In this document: piece after piece, positions 24,350 to 36,866 of the stretch | Position numbering within the stretch: position 1 is the first letter of the stretch | Layout of the letters: the number at the start of each line of letters is the position of its first letter | Origin: Octopus sinensis | Taxonomy: Eukaryota | Assembly: GCF_006345805.1 (NCBI RefSeq) | Contig: NW_021833116.1 | Location: 1 to 64,000 of the forward strand | Length of the DNA stretch: 64,000 nucleotides | Direction: 5' to 3' | The notes under the pieces: model-generated | What the model saw: only the letters and a program-made list of their open reading frames with translations | Database searches by the model: none | What the model was told of the DNA's origin: nothing | Position numbers and translations under genes: made by a program

Positions 24350-25210
24350 TTCTATAACGTCAATACAAATAATACACCAATTTTAATAACTGCTACGAAA
24401 GTTATCAGACATTCCTTTCCTTTGCCGTTGCCAACACTCACTTTTATAATTTACATAGAAGCTCGATTGCTGTTTCTAGCGAGAACTGTCAATTCCATAC
24501 ACACACGACATACACACGTGACATCTAATATCTCCCCGTGTTTATCCACATGAGCGACAATAGACGCACTAATCCTATCCCAGACTCTGTGGTATGTTGG
24601 ACATATTTGAAATTAGGCACTGGGAGCATATGAAAAATCAATCGTATTAACACTCTAAAAACTAATCAAAAATGCATGAAAAATTGTACGGAGACTACAA
24701 TCACAAAATTCACTGTTCTGGCCGACCTCATCACAAATATATTCATTTAATTTAAAAAGAAAATCGGATTCTATAAATATTCAAAAAAAAGTGAAGATAA
24801 GGCGGACGAAGATACGATAAAGGAAAACTATGAGGAGATTGTCGATAGTGATTCAGTTATTAATTTGTTTTGTTGATCTCAATTTATGCATACTGATGGT
24901 GCTAATACTCCTATTAATACCGATTGTTGTTTATTTGTTGCAGATTTAATATTTACCTTCAAATTTATACTACACAATTATTGACTCATATAAAAATAAT
25001 TTATTCAATTGAAATTAATGATGGAATACAAGTTGGATTATGTCGTTTTTTATGAGAACATTATATCAAATAAATTATATTGTTTGAATGGTTTGTTTGT
25101 TTCTTTGAATTTGTCACATTTGATTAATAAGTACGTTTTTTTGATTTTAATATGATAAATTAAAAATTGATTCATTTATGAAAATGAATCCTTGAATTGT
25201 ATTTGCAGCT
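24350..25210 (-). repeat. Duplicated segment, copy 2 (empty paralog of the R4 target), with an extra ~490-bp insert at ~24670-25165
   Basis: tttaataactgcta.gaaa.ttat..ga.a.tcct.t...t.gccaacactca...catagaagctcgattgctg matches the joined flanks 17030-17066 + 20704-20950. Confidence 0.88.
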
Positions 25211-25279
25211 TATGTTCTTTCAATGTATATTTAGAATGTTATTATGTTACGAATGATTTTTTAATAAAAGAATTTTAAA

Positions 25280-25430
25280 TCTCTAAACTGGTTACTCCTC
25301 TGGCCGGTTGCTGTCGAAACCCTGGGATTGATTGGAAAGGAGTCGTTGTGCTTCCTCAAGTGTATTGGACGTCTCGAGACCTTGAGAACACACAATCCTC
25401 TGGAGACGAGATGGCTCCTGGAGAATTTTA
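25280..25430 (+). mobile_element. CRE-clade retroelement 3' relic
   Basis: LWPVAVETLGLIGKESLCFLKCIGR...ETRWLL resembles the CRE endonuclease tail at 46770-46890 and 52051-52250. Confidence 0.6.
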
Positions 25431-25796
25431 AATTAACTTGTGTTGATAAAACTATATTCAAATTTAACAGGATGTATTTAACTACCGATACTTGAATTTA
25501 TATTAATTGTTATGTAACTATTCGATTATTATATAATAAATTTCATAACTTTCAGATTTTAAAGTCTTTCTGTTCAAATTTTATAAAATGGAACGAAATA
25601 GGTAATTTTAGAATAAAAAAGACAATTGACAAAAACTAGACAATAAAATATTTACAGAAAAAGTATTAGTTGCAAGTTCTAACTAAAAAATTGTTTAGTT
25701 ACTAAGTTAAATTTTTTGGTTAATTTTTTTTAGCTTTTAGGTCAATAAAGTTAGTTTTTGGTTAAAATTTTTATTTTTTAGCTTAATAGAATCGCC

Positions 25797-26733
25797 CTAG
25801 TTATTATAATTAATTTGAAGTTTAAAAATTGAATTTTTAGTGTTTAAAAAGAGGCTTTACCTTTTTATGCCCCGCAACCACTGAAGGCCGCTTTCAACTT
25901 GACTGGTCGCATTTAAATGCTTTTTGCTGTGACATGTTTATAGAACACTATCCATATGGCCATGCGGCCACTTATTCTTTACTATTAAATTACAAGAAAA
26001 AAGCTAATCGATGTCAGTTTTAGTCTGCTAGAACATTTTAATTAATGTCAGTTTTAGTCTGTACCCACCATCCTCGGGAGGTAGACTGGCTATTGCAACG
26101 GTTCTCGATCGCCGTTATCCGGGGGAACAGTTTGGCAATCCGCCAGGCTGTAGTTGTTTAAACCAAACAGTTAATGAATAAAGTATTCCTTGTGCTCTTT
26201 TGGATGGGTTTTCATAAAATCTGTTTTTAGCAACAATGACAATATCTTCAGCATAGAAAAAGAGTTCACTCTAGCATAAAGCTCTAAATAAATTAATAGA
26301 ATTAAAACTAAAAAAAGAACAATACCGATTTTGTAAATATTATTATAAATTTGTTTAATAAATACGAAAAATCTGAATTGGAAATAAAACAGCTCATTTG
26401 CAAGAATTAACTAAAGATTGACGAATAAATTAAAATATTGTAGCAGACTAAAACTGTCAGTGATTAGCACTTTACTTGTAATTTAATAGTAAATAATAAG
26501 TGGCCGTATGGCCATATGGATAGAAATTCATAAACTCAAACGTACGTATCACAACAAAAACAACAAAAAGCATATAAATGCGACTACTCGATAACAAAGC
26601 GAGCTTCAGTGGTTGCGGGGCATTAAAAGGAAAAGCCTCATTTTTACACCAAAAAATTAAATTGACATGGAAAGTGTGCTGAAACAATTGAATCCTATGT
26701 TTATTTTTCAAACTTCAAATCAATAATATTTAG
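25797..26733. mobile_element. Foldback/MITE-like element with long diverged inverted arms (~25797-26040 and ~26431-26733)
   Basis: atgccccgcaaccactgaag / cttcagtggttgcggggcat, ctatccatatggccat.cggccacttatt and cagttttagtctgcta all occur as inverted pairs. Confidence 0.8.
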
Positions 26734-26949
26734 TTTTTAAAATTTTTGACCGTTTGAGATTTTGAATTTCAGGTCAGTGAGAACGTAAATAATCTGACAA
26801 ATCTCTGATCTTTCGTTTTGAAAAAAAGGCTTGGGGAAACAGAACTTTTCTGACAAAACAGGACTGTCATTGTGTTCCTTTCAAAGACTATCCTGTGTTT
26901 CTTACAAACAAGGAGATGGCCCTTACAAAAAATCGAGTAATAGCTCTTT

Positions 26950-27570
26950 GAATGACTTGGTTGAAAAAAATGCTATCTTCGGCACTAAAACTTATCGCCT
27001 TACCTGCCACCCAGACATTATCTTTTCTAAGACCCTAGGGAAGCCTTTGAGGGACAATTCCTGGGTGTCCGAGAGCTCTACTCGCCATCCTAAGCCATGG
27101 GCTAGCCGGATGGCTCGTCTTCTGACTTTCTTGAGCGCGTCAACGTACTTCTCCCGGTCCTCGCAGAAGAACGTAAACAATCAGAAGTGCCAGGCATGTA
27201 CGCCATAGGTCAACACGGGTAACACTATGGCGTTAAACACACGTAGCTAAGCACCTCTCCGCAGCCGGAAAGCACGCAACGCGCCTAATCGCTGCATTGC
27301 ACGCATTTTCGTACGTGCAATGTGATCATCAAACTTACCGGACGGCTTAAAGAGCACGCCCAAATAAGTCATCCGATCAACTGAGCAATTGCTGACCCGT
27401 TCAGCAATAACCTAGGGGCGTAATTAGTGTAACCCCTCGTCCTTTTACAGACTTTGAGAACACTGCACTTGTCCGCACGCATCTTTAGACCCCTACTCCC
27501 ACACCAGTTTACAAGTCCATCCACAGCAACCTGTAGCCTACGACACGCACACTCAGGTTTCATGCTCAGT
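26950..27570 (-). mobile_element. CR1/L2-like LINE RT C-terminal relic
   Basis: LQVAVDGLVNWCGSRGLKMRADKCSVL, LGVLF...FDDHI, VFNAIVLPVLTYG, LKKVRRRAIR. Confidence 0.7.
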
Positions 27571-27589
27571 CACAATTTTATAAAATTTG

Positions 27590-27780
27590 AAATAAATCAG
27601 GGTTTAATTGAACGCTTTAATCAAACATTGACACGAGCTATGCCAAAACTATTGGATAAAAAAAGAACTAAAAATTGGCAACAATTTTTAGACAAAGTTA
27701 CTTTTTCCTATAATACGACACATTACTCGGCGATCAATGAGACCCTTTTCAAAAAGTTTGGGATTATTTCTGGAATTAAC
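27590..27780 (+). mobile_element. Retroviral-type integrase core fragment (Gypsy/Ginger-like)
   Basis: NQGLIERFNQTL...NWQQFLDKVTFSYNTTHYSAINETLF. Confidence 0.7.
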
Positions 27781-27936
27781 AGTGTGATTCATGAAATACA
27801 AGTTATAAGCTCATTTATAATTTAGATTAAAATATGAGGTCTCGTTTGTAGAAGATGAACTTGAAAGTAAAATGATGTATTTATTTTTAGAAACGAATAA
27901 TAAAATTTCTGATTTTACTCCCCTAGGCATGAATTC

Positions 27937-28559
27937 CAGGTCGTCCCAGTTTTTGAAACTTTTGCCATGAAGTTTGAGATCCCTTTCCAGAATTGCCGGA
28001 AGAGTGGATCTAGGTCTTCCACGATATTTGTCTCCATTTTCGGAGAAATAATCGTTCATTGCCCGATTGGCCGGAGCTCTGGGGTCCATTCGCAAAATAT
28101 GGCCAAATAATTTCCACCGGCCTCCAACAATTTCTTGAGACAACGGGGTAGCATCGTAATGTTTATACAGAGATAGATTGTTAATTTTTGATGGCCAGTA
28201 TATTCCGTGTAAGAGACGTAGTTGTTTACGGTGAAAAGAGCCTATAGTCTTCAGTTCAGTCTCCGAGATCCCCCATGTTGACGAGTTGTATAGTAGAACA
28301 GTCTTTACGAATGCATTATAAAGCTTTGATCTGAGGGCCATTTTTTACGTATTCTGCTCAGAGCCGTGGTAGCATCTTTCTGCGAGAAATGTCTTCACTA
28401 TCTCCAACTAGGGAGCCGAGTTTGGGGCGACCTATAATCTTTGCGGGATCTCGTCCGCAACAGAGAAGCATGGACGAGGATGGTCCAGAAGATTGTTTCG
28501 CTTGTGACACGTGTGGGATTATAACTTTGTTTATGTTCCTACGGAATGTGTTATAATAA
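27937..28559. mobile_element. 5'-inverted (twin-primed) RTE-like insertion with 13-bp TSD TAGGCATGAATTC
   Basis: Minus-strand segment 27937-28423 (KLGSLVGD...RWKLFGHILR...RGRP) is joined to a plus-strand 3' end 28424-28559 ending in ataataat; TSD at 27924-27936 and 28560-28572. Confidence 0.85.
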
Positions 28560-28947
28560 TAGGCATGAATTCATCTTATTTTAAAAGAATAAATAAAAAA
28601 TGAGAGTACACAAAAATATGATTTTGAAATAAGGAATGAGGTATAATTGAATAATAACAGTTTAGGTTCTATTCGAGTCAATGCGATTTAACATTTTATC
28701 AAATAGTACATTTACAAACACATGTTTATCTGAATATAATGAGAAATTATGTAAAGACAATGCATCTGATTCAAATCCGGGTCACGTAAATTATTTTGTT
28801 TCAAATGGAAAAAAAATTATTGGAGGGAATCTGGAATTTTAACTCAACGATGTACCAGAAAGATCACCAATATCACGCGTCTTATTTAATTTATTATATT
28901 TATTAAATATCTGTCTAAATAAAATATAAATTCTGAATTCAATATTA

Positions 28948-31900
28948 TTACAAAATTTTTGTATTAGCCAAACAAACTGAAATTAAATTAGTAAATTCTC
29001 TTAAAAACTGATCAGTAAACATAAAAAAGACATACCTCGTAGAATAAGCAAAGTTGCTTCCAGTTTTTTGTTTTCCCGCCACATTTGATTTAGGTTTACC
29101 ATCATTTAAGCTAGCCATGATAATTGGCTTATCCAAAGAGATATTTAATTTTTTATTTAAACTGCCCTAAAATTATATATGATAAATTAAAACTTCATTA
29201 AGTGAAATTCCAATGCTTCCTGCCAATGATTCCTAAAAAATCAAATCCCTGCCCAAACCCTTTTACTTCCCTTCAAAAATTCTGTCGACTGATTCAGAAT
29301 CTTGTCGATTATGGACTGGTCGTCTCCCTTCATGCTAATCATTTCACTCGATTCTGTTTCTTTTTGACGTTTCGATAATAATTCGACCTCCTTTTCTTTA
29401 TTTTTCACAATATTTTGTAGATCTTGCACTTGATTATTCAAATTATCAACATTTTTCTACAAAAAATCAACAAAACTAGATGCCTTATGTTGATTAGTCG
29501 CATTTTCAATATCAAATCTCAATTTCTACAACAAGCTAACTTAAAAACAAACCTCGTTGTCCCCTTCCAACTTAGATATAACATCCAAATACTTGATTAC
29601 AGCACTGCTCTCGTCCTTTAGCCACATTGCTTGGAAGGGCGGTTTTGAAGCTGACCAATTATTTTCTAACATAAGATAAACAAAAAAAACTACCCAAATT
29701 TTGATCAAATGTCAAATCCGTGTTTATTTCTTCTGGAATTTCTTTATTTCCACGGAATCGGCTAAGTTCAATTTCCTGTCTGACTTTAACCAGTTCGTCC
29801 TTGAGGAGATCCTTTGAGGTGGTCAACTTGTCGGATTCGTCATTCAAAAGTCCTGACATTTGGCATAAATTCTAAAACATTTTTATAGCGTTTTGTACAT
29901 ATATTTCCTCGTTTTTTGTGTTGAGTTCATTTTTTAAGCTAATCAACTCTAATTTCATTGTTTTGTGGGAAGATATGAGTCCATCCAGTTGACTGCTAAA
30001 GTTATCGCAAGCTTAATAAAATAAATTTTTATTTTTACTGGTTTGAAGGCGACACTTTTCTTCCTCCAACATGTAATTAGAGGCTTTGAGGGTGTCAAAC
30101 TCCTTTAAATAAAAATAACTAAAATTACTTTCATTTTCTTGTTTTTCTCTTCCAATTCTGATTCCAAATTTTTGATCTCATAATTTTTAGATTCCAAAGA
30201 CATTTTTAGGTTATCAGAATCTTTCATGAGTACTTTCAAGTATTTTTGCAAATCCTTAAATAATAAAAATAAAAACTTCTACTTCATTTTGATTACTTTT
30301 ACGATTTAATTTTTCCGATTCCAGTACTTTGAGTTTTGTCTCGGCTTTTAGTTTTTCGCCCATACGAGATATTTCATTTTCCAAAGCCTTTAAAACTATT
30401 ATTAAATAAAAAACGATTATTTTTGCTTCTTTTTCTTTCAAAATAATCTCATATTTGCCACATTTTAATTCTTGTGAATCAACCTCTCCCTTCAATATTT
30501 TCAATTCGTTTTTAGCCAAGTTCAGCTCATTTGAGACGTTCTAACATCTCAACCTCACAAAAAACTCACCAAATAGTCCTGATTGCGAATCGCTTCTTTA
30601 CAGGGTGTTTCGTTTACAAAATTTGCTTGGAGAGATGGTTCGTTTTCAAAGTTGTATTTGTTTTCTCCTGCGCTTGTAAAATCTTTTCTGGTTATTTCAA
30701 ATCGAGTTTGGCTGTTTTCGATTTCATTTTGAACTTTGATTATTTCTTCCTGAAGAAGGCTCCTTGATTTGGCAAGTTTTTCAGATTCGCTGTCTAAAAA
30801 TCCTGACATTTGACATAAATCCTAAAATTCAGTTTCTATGCAAAAAATACATATATTTCTTCATTTTTGAACTTTAATTTGTTTTTTAAGTCAACTAACT
30901 CGTTCTTCATTTCCCTCTGAGACACGATTAGCCCGTCCAACTGTCCGTTAAATTCCTGGCAGTCTAAAATCCAATAAACCTACGAATACTCAAATTCAAC
31001 TCCTCTTTATTTGTTCTCATATCAGAATTTTCCAATTTTTGTAATTCCTTAAAAAATAGTAAAAATGAAGTACTTCAAGTTTTTCAGTTTTGTTGTTGAG
31101 TTCTTGTTTCAAGTTCATTACTTCACAACTAAGAGATTCGTTTAGAATTTTGACGTTGTTGTAATCTGTCATGATTGCGTCAATATGATACTTTAGTTTC
31201 TAATAAAATAAGCTTTGTTATTTTACTTGATTTTCATCTTTTTCTATTTCCAATTTTTCTGTGATTTCTTTTGCGCTGGAAAAAGCGGTTTGCAATTCCT
31301 AAATTTGATTCAATTTGTCTACTCTAATCTGGGAGTCCTTTTCATTCGCAATCTCCTCGTTCTCAAATTTGTTTCTTTTTATCAATTCGTTTAATTCTCT
31401 TTTAAGGATTGAACATTGTTCAAGAATATTCTTAATAATCACACAAGTATAATTTTACTTGATTTTCTTGTTCTTTTTCGTTAATTTTGTCATTATATAT
31501 ATCATTATTTTTTTGAATACAATCCTTCAGATTCTAAAAATATTAGTTTTTATTTTACATTAATCTCCTGTTCATAAAAAAGCATATTTTCCTTCAAATC
31601 TGTCATTCTTGCCTGCCAATTAGACTCTGAGATTTCAGTTTGAGCATTCAAATCAGAAATCATATACAAAGCGTCGGCATAGTCGTCTTTCAAATTCTAC
31701 CAATTATATATCTAGACATACTTGGAGTTCCATTTGAGTTAAGTAAAGTCGATTAGACAGGTCATCTACCAATTCTTGATGTTCTTCAGAAGAAATAATT
31801 TCTTGGTTGTTGGCTTGAAGAATGAATTCTTCATTGATTTCATTTTCAACGTTGAAATAGTCTTTTTCTGGTTTATTTGCGGTTTGTATTTCTTCAGTCA

Positions 31901-33252
31901 TAACTTGGTCCGAAAAATTGTCGAAATTCTTTTTTTTAATACAACAATATTACATTTTGTATTTCTGTTTGTCTTTCGGGATATTTTGATAATTTTTTTT
32001 CCAATTCTCGAATTTGTGTTTTTAAAGCGTCATTGACCATATCCTTGCCCCGGATGACCGCCTCGAGTCGGACAGTCTCGTCGTCCGTAGATTCTGAATC
32101 AAATGTCACTTTTTTAGCCTTTCTGATTCCAGAATTCTGAAAATCATAACATTTGACGATTCAAACTTCTGGTTTCAAGTTTTCGAAAGTCTCTCCTATA
32201 TTTTCAGGACCAAGTTCACCCAAACTGTCCAACTCACATTCAATAACAATTCCAGGAACACCTTCTGCAGTGCACTAAAGATTTTAAGAGCTATGTAAAA
32301 TACAGGTTCGGACTGATAGGACATCTCATGTTCAGGTTGTTCAAATTTCTCGAAATCTCTAAAATCGATTTTTTAAGTCCATGTTTAAACTTGATTGGAA
32401 AATCGATTTCTTCTATTTTTTGATTTTCCAAGTTCTCATCCTCAGATAAACTCGTGTCTAAATAAAGTTGTTTTATAATCAATCAAACGGTTATCAATGT
32501 TTATTTTTACGTCCGAATCAGATTTTTGTTGTCTAACCAAGTTTTCGGAGGTCTCCAGACGATTGTCGTCTGCAGTTGCAAACAGTGGAGAGAGCGTAGT
32601 GTAAAGAGCAATTTTTGAGTCCTGCAAGTTCTCGAGAGCGTTGGAATAGTTTTTAGATGTGGAATACATAAATTCGTAATCGTGGATATATTTCTGATTT
32701 AAAGCTTCTAATTCTTTGATTTTTTGTTCGTTTTTAGCAATCTATCATGTTTGTTGATTAAAAAACAGTCTCAACTTGTATGCGAAGTGAATTTATTTCT
32801 CGGTCCTTGTTTTCGAGTTGTGATTTCATGTTTGTTTGTTCTTGAAGTAAAATTGTGTTTTCTTCCTGTAGAAAGGCAACCGTATCTTCATTTCCAATTG
32901 TAAAATTCTTGTATTTTTTTATTAAAATACTTTTTGTAGACTCAAAAATTTTTCTCGTTGGTCTCTAAACGCGAAATCTCTTTGGGACAATTCTTGTTTT
33001 GTTTTTTCTAGTGATTCTTCCAGCATATTCAAACAAGTACATTTCAGTTCTAATTCATTCAGTTCTTGCCTAAAATAAACACTGATTTAATTTTTACTGT
33101 TTTCTAGAACTTTCCTCAGATAATTTTGAAAGTTCTTGCATCCACGTGTCTCGTTCTGCTGCATGAGATTTGCACAATTTTGAATATTCTTCGATAAGAC
33201 TGTCGAGATGAAGGTTCGTTTTGTTTTGGGGATTTTCATTTTTGGTTTCCAT
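28948..33252 (-). CDS. Large multi-exon coiled-coil protein, family not recognised
   Basis: Series of E/K/L-rich exon ORFs separated by ~25-30 nt GT-AG introns; ATG at 33252; 3' end uncertain. Confidence 0.65.
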
Positions 33253-33599
33253 TTTGGTTATTAATTATTTCTAAAGTACAATGGGAGCCCCAGTAAATTC
33301 AAATATTTGTGGTTTAAGAGAAACAATGATTATATCAAAATAATTAATTTCTGTTCATCATTTTCAAAAGGTGAAAAATGATGCTCAAAATATATGCCAT
33401 TTAAAATTGGAATAACTAATTACTTTATTAACGATGTCGATAGTAACAATAGTACAAAATATAATATTATAACATATTTGGTTTGCCATTATATTTACAG
33501 TTATTTAAATAGATTATGATATAACTAAATTTAAATAATTTCTGTTTTAACATTTCTAATAATAATTTAAAGTAAAATTATAATTTATAATTTATTTTC

Positions 33600-33780
33600 T
33601 TCAGAAAGTAATAATTTAAGTCTTTTTCGGATGATATTTTTACCTTTTTTACTAGATCCCTCTGAAATTGGGTTCGCCGGTCTCCCGTTCTTTCTGTGTG
33701 CTTACCGCCAACCCAAAGTTGTTCTCGGAATCCCCAACTCTTGAAGTTTTTTTCTATACTTTGCCTTTCGATCAAATTCT
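33600..33780 (-). mobile_element. Old RTE-like C-terminal relic
   Basis: RTGDRRTQFQRDL...EKDL resembles the RGRP...ERDL...DDL tail of the other RTE copies. Confidence 0.35.
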
Positions 33781-34304
33781 AAAATCACCTAAGATTATCG
33801 TGGCTAACTCTATGTCTCATTTGATTATTTTCTGAATGAGAAACTGATTGGTGCGTTTGTCCCTGTTTTCTAATGGATAGTCTGGAATTTTCAATTCAGC
33901 CCAATATAATCATATCAATGTTGTTTACGCTTCTCTCTTTATATTCTATCTCCCACTTTGCCTACTCACACTCAACTGCCTTTTATCTAAATAAAATAGT
34001 GAGATATATTCACTTTGTTTGTGTTTGCCAAGAAAACAAATATCCTTGATTGACTACCTACACTCGGAAAGAAAAAGACGTCATGACTGTTCCTGAGGAT
34101 CTCAGTGGTGATTCTGTGGGAACTATTAGCTATCCTTCACTTCTCGAATTATACAATAAACATAAAATGCGCTCGCAATCGAGCTTGGCCGCTTACTTCC
34201 TGACGTTGTTATTTTGATTATGAATTTATCAATTGTGGAATAAAACCGAAAAAAACATAAAATTATTTTAAATAGACATGACCATGTTGTATTTGTTCTA
34301 TCCG

Positions 34305-34430
34305 ATATGATTATTATTATTTTAGCACATTCCGTAGGGACAAACAGAAAAGAGTTATATTCCTACACGTGCCAACACACGAAACGACCTTCTGTACCAA
34401 CGTTATATTCTTAGTCATGAATTCTCAAAT
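34305..34430 (-). mobile_element. RTE-like 3' end fragment
   Basis: Shares cacgtgt.gga.tataact...cctacggaatgtg.ta.aataata with the 3' end at 28505-28560. Confidence 0.7.
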
Positions 34431-34930
34431 ATTCTTTCTGTTATTCAAATTGTTATTTCTTTGTCTAATAAAGAAGTTTAAAAGATGATTTTTATGCATG
34501 AAGTATACAATCTCATCACCTGTAATTGACTTTTTTGCCTATACCGGTTGTCGACGTTTTTTTAAAAATTTATTTTTGTTATTGCTATATGTTGTTTTTT
34601 GATAATATTTGTAATATTTGTTTTGAATGGATCGCTGGTTTTTACTTATTAATGTGGCAAACCTATGTATTCAAAATTAAATATATTCTTGTGGATCTTC
34701 ACTTGTGTTTAAAATGACAAATAAGACTTCATATTATTTATGGCTCAAAATAAATTCTAATTTATCTCTAAGCCAACAGTCTGGTGGAATCCACCCATGG
34801 CCGTCATAATTTTAAAATTTAAAATATTTTCATGTTTCAATATTTCTTAATAATTTTAAATTATTATTTTTAACAATATATATATTTATTAAATAAATAA
34901 TTTAAAAATAATGTTCTTGTGTACCATCAA

Positions 34931-35943
34931 ATGAGGAACCTATTGATGCTCTTTATAGTACTTATTTCTTTAATATTATACAAACTATGGACCAATATCC
35001 CCTACAAACGTCGAATTCGTATAAAACTAGCCATGGTTTCTGACAGAGACATCCAAGTCCTTCCAGGCCAGTCTGCATGCAGCGAATTCCTCGAAGGAAT
35101 ATTAATCTGGGATACAAAATCCCAACTTTTTTCAATCAACTTTAAAAATTCCCCACAAAAACTATGTTCAAAAATCCTCCACAGAAACCGTGGAATGGAA
35201 CTTTCCGACCTGATCACCTTCCACGGAAAACTCCTGGCCATCGACGACAAGACAGGAATTATCTACCAAATCTTCCCCGAAAATAGCACTGTGGCTGTCT
35301 GGGTCAAACTGACTGACGGAGACGGGTCTTCCCCTGCCCGTAAGTCCCCTATGGCTCATCCACAGCCTTCAAGGGGGAGTGGTCCACTGTCAAAAACGGG
35401 CTCCTCTACGTCGGTGGGTACGGAAAGGTCTTCACTGACTCGACAGGGACAATTTTAAATTCGTTCCCAATGTGGATTAAAATTGTTAATAAAAATGGAC
35501 AAGTGCACCACGTCGATTGGCGGGAAAAATATTTGGCTTTGAGTTCGCGCCTTTTGATTGAACATCCTGGGTTTGTGATTCATGAGGCAGTTGTGTGGAG
35601 TAAAGTGCACAATCACTGGTTTTTTCTGCCACGTGCTGTGAGTATGGAGGGGTATTTGCAGGGGGGAGAAGCATCGAATGGCGGGAATTATTTGTTGATT
35701 GCGGATGAGGACTTTGAGAGGGTTGATGTGGTGATTGTGGGGGATTTGTGTCGCACGAGGGGCTTCTCTGCTTTCCGTTTTTTGCCGGATTCTGAGGACA
35801 GGGTTATTATGGCTGTCAAGACTGAGGAAATGGCGGGAGTTTTGGCTTCGTATTTTCTTATTTTTGACTTGGTGGGAAATATTTTGCACCAAGAGACTAA
35901 ATTTGCTGATTCGAAGTATGAGGGATTGGAATTTATAAATTAA
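34931..35943 (+). CDS. CANT1: Calcium-activated nucleotidase (apyrase) CANT1
   Basis: N-terminal TM, VSDRD, RGMELSDL, DDKTGIIY, FKGEWSTVK, HEAVVWS, WFFLPR, TRGFSAFRFLP, KYEGLEFI; one 26-nt intron. Confidence 0.93.
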
Positions 35944-36059
35944 TCCTTTTATTCATTTTTTAATAAACAAATAATTGTTTGGTTAGGCTCGTCAGGGGCA
36001 GGTTTAGACATGTTCGAATATTTATTATATAAAAATAACATGAAAATTATCAAAATAGT

Positions 36060-36600
36060 TCAGTGAGATTTCTGATCTTGTTTGTTGTGAATAATTTTAC
36101 TTATGTCAGGCTCTATGGTCGACAAAACTACTCACATATCATCCCGTGGTCTATTTCTATATTTTGTTTTTAGAAAAGTCAGACAGGACACTTCACAGGG
36201 ATAAGTAGTTGGGATTGCAAGTATTAATTCCAATGCAGTTTTACTCAAAATGGGGACTTCTTTCGCCATCTGACACCTAAAAATAAGAAGTAATTAGCCG
36301 CCGGTTTAATTAACTTTTCCCCAAAATTATGTGCAACTTTTTTGCAATAATTATTGAGACTATTGATACAAATTAGAATTTACAGATGCTTCTAATCTCG
36401 ATTTATCTTGGATTAAACCATTAAAGCTTTGGATGTGAATTTCGTTATTTTAATTTAAAATATTAATGTGAGCAACAATTTTCTAAGCATACAGACTCTT
36501 GTGGTGCATAAGTAGAGAAGGAATTGTTTCCCAAAATTATATGACAAATTGGCCTTTATTTCATTATTTGAGCCAATTAATTAGTAAACGAAGATTCTTG
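36060..36600 (-). mobile_element. hAT (Charlie/Buster-like) transposase C-terminal relic
   Basis: KTALELILAIPTTYPCEVS..FLKTKYRNR...LSTIEPDI...KSH-stop. Confidence 0.7.
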
Positions 36601-36719
36601 AAACCATAAATAGAATCATAAACCACGCTAAAAAAATCAGCTTAATTTCAATGTTTTTGTTTATATTTAACCACAAAATTACTTTTAACTTTAATAAATT
36701 TTTTCAACATTCACTGGTG

Positions 36720-36746
36720 GTTCTAGAACATTCCAGTGACGTCATT
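36720..36746. promoter_or_regulatory. Candidate heat-shock element plus CRE/ATF site, copy 1
   Basis: gTTCtaGAAcaTTCc followed by TGACGTCA (36737-36744); function not shown. Confidence 0.35.
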
Positions 36747-36839
36747 AAACCTGGGTTCCCATTGGACTAAGTATTTTTATGGTTTTACTTATTCATTATT
36801 TAATAAACAAATAATTGTTTGGTTAACCACTTATGAAAA

Positions 36840-36866
36840 GTTCTAGAACATTCTAGTGACGTCATT
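36840..36866. promoter_or_regulatory. Candidate heat-shock element plus CRE/ATF site, copy 2
   Basis: gTTCtaGAAcaTTCt followed by TGACGTCA; abuts the MTRFR stop codon. Confidence 0.35.

Noticed and set aside
35985-36724. hAT termini CAGGGG / CACTG with an 8-bp TSD
   Set aside because: Flanking octamers differ (aggctcgt versus gtggttct); ends are not defined
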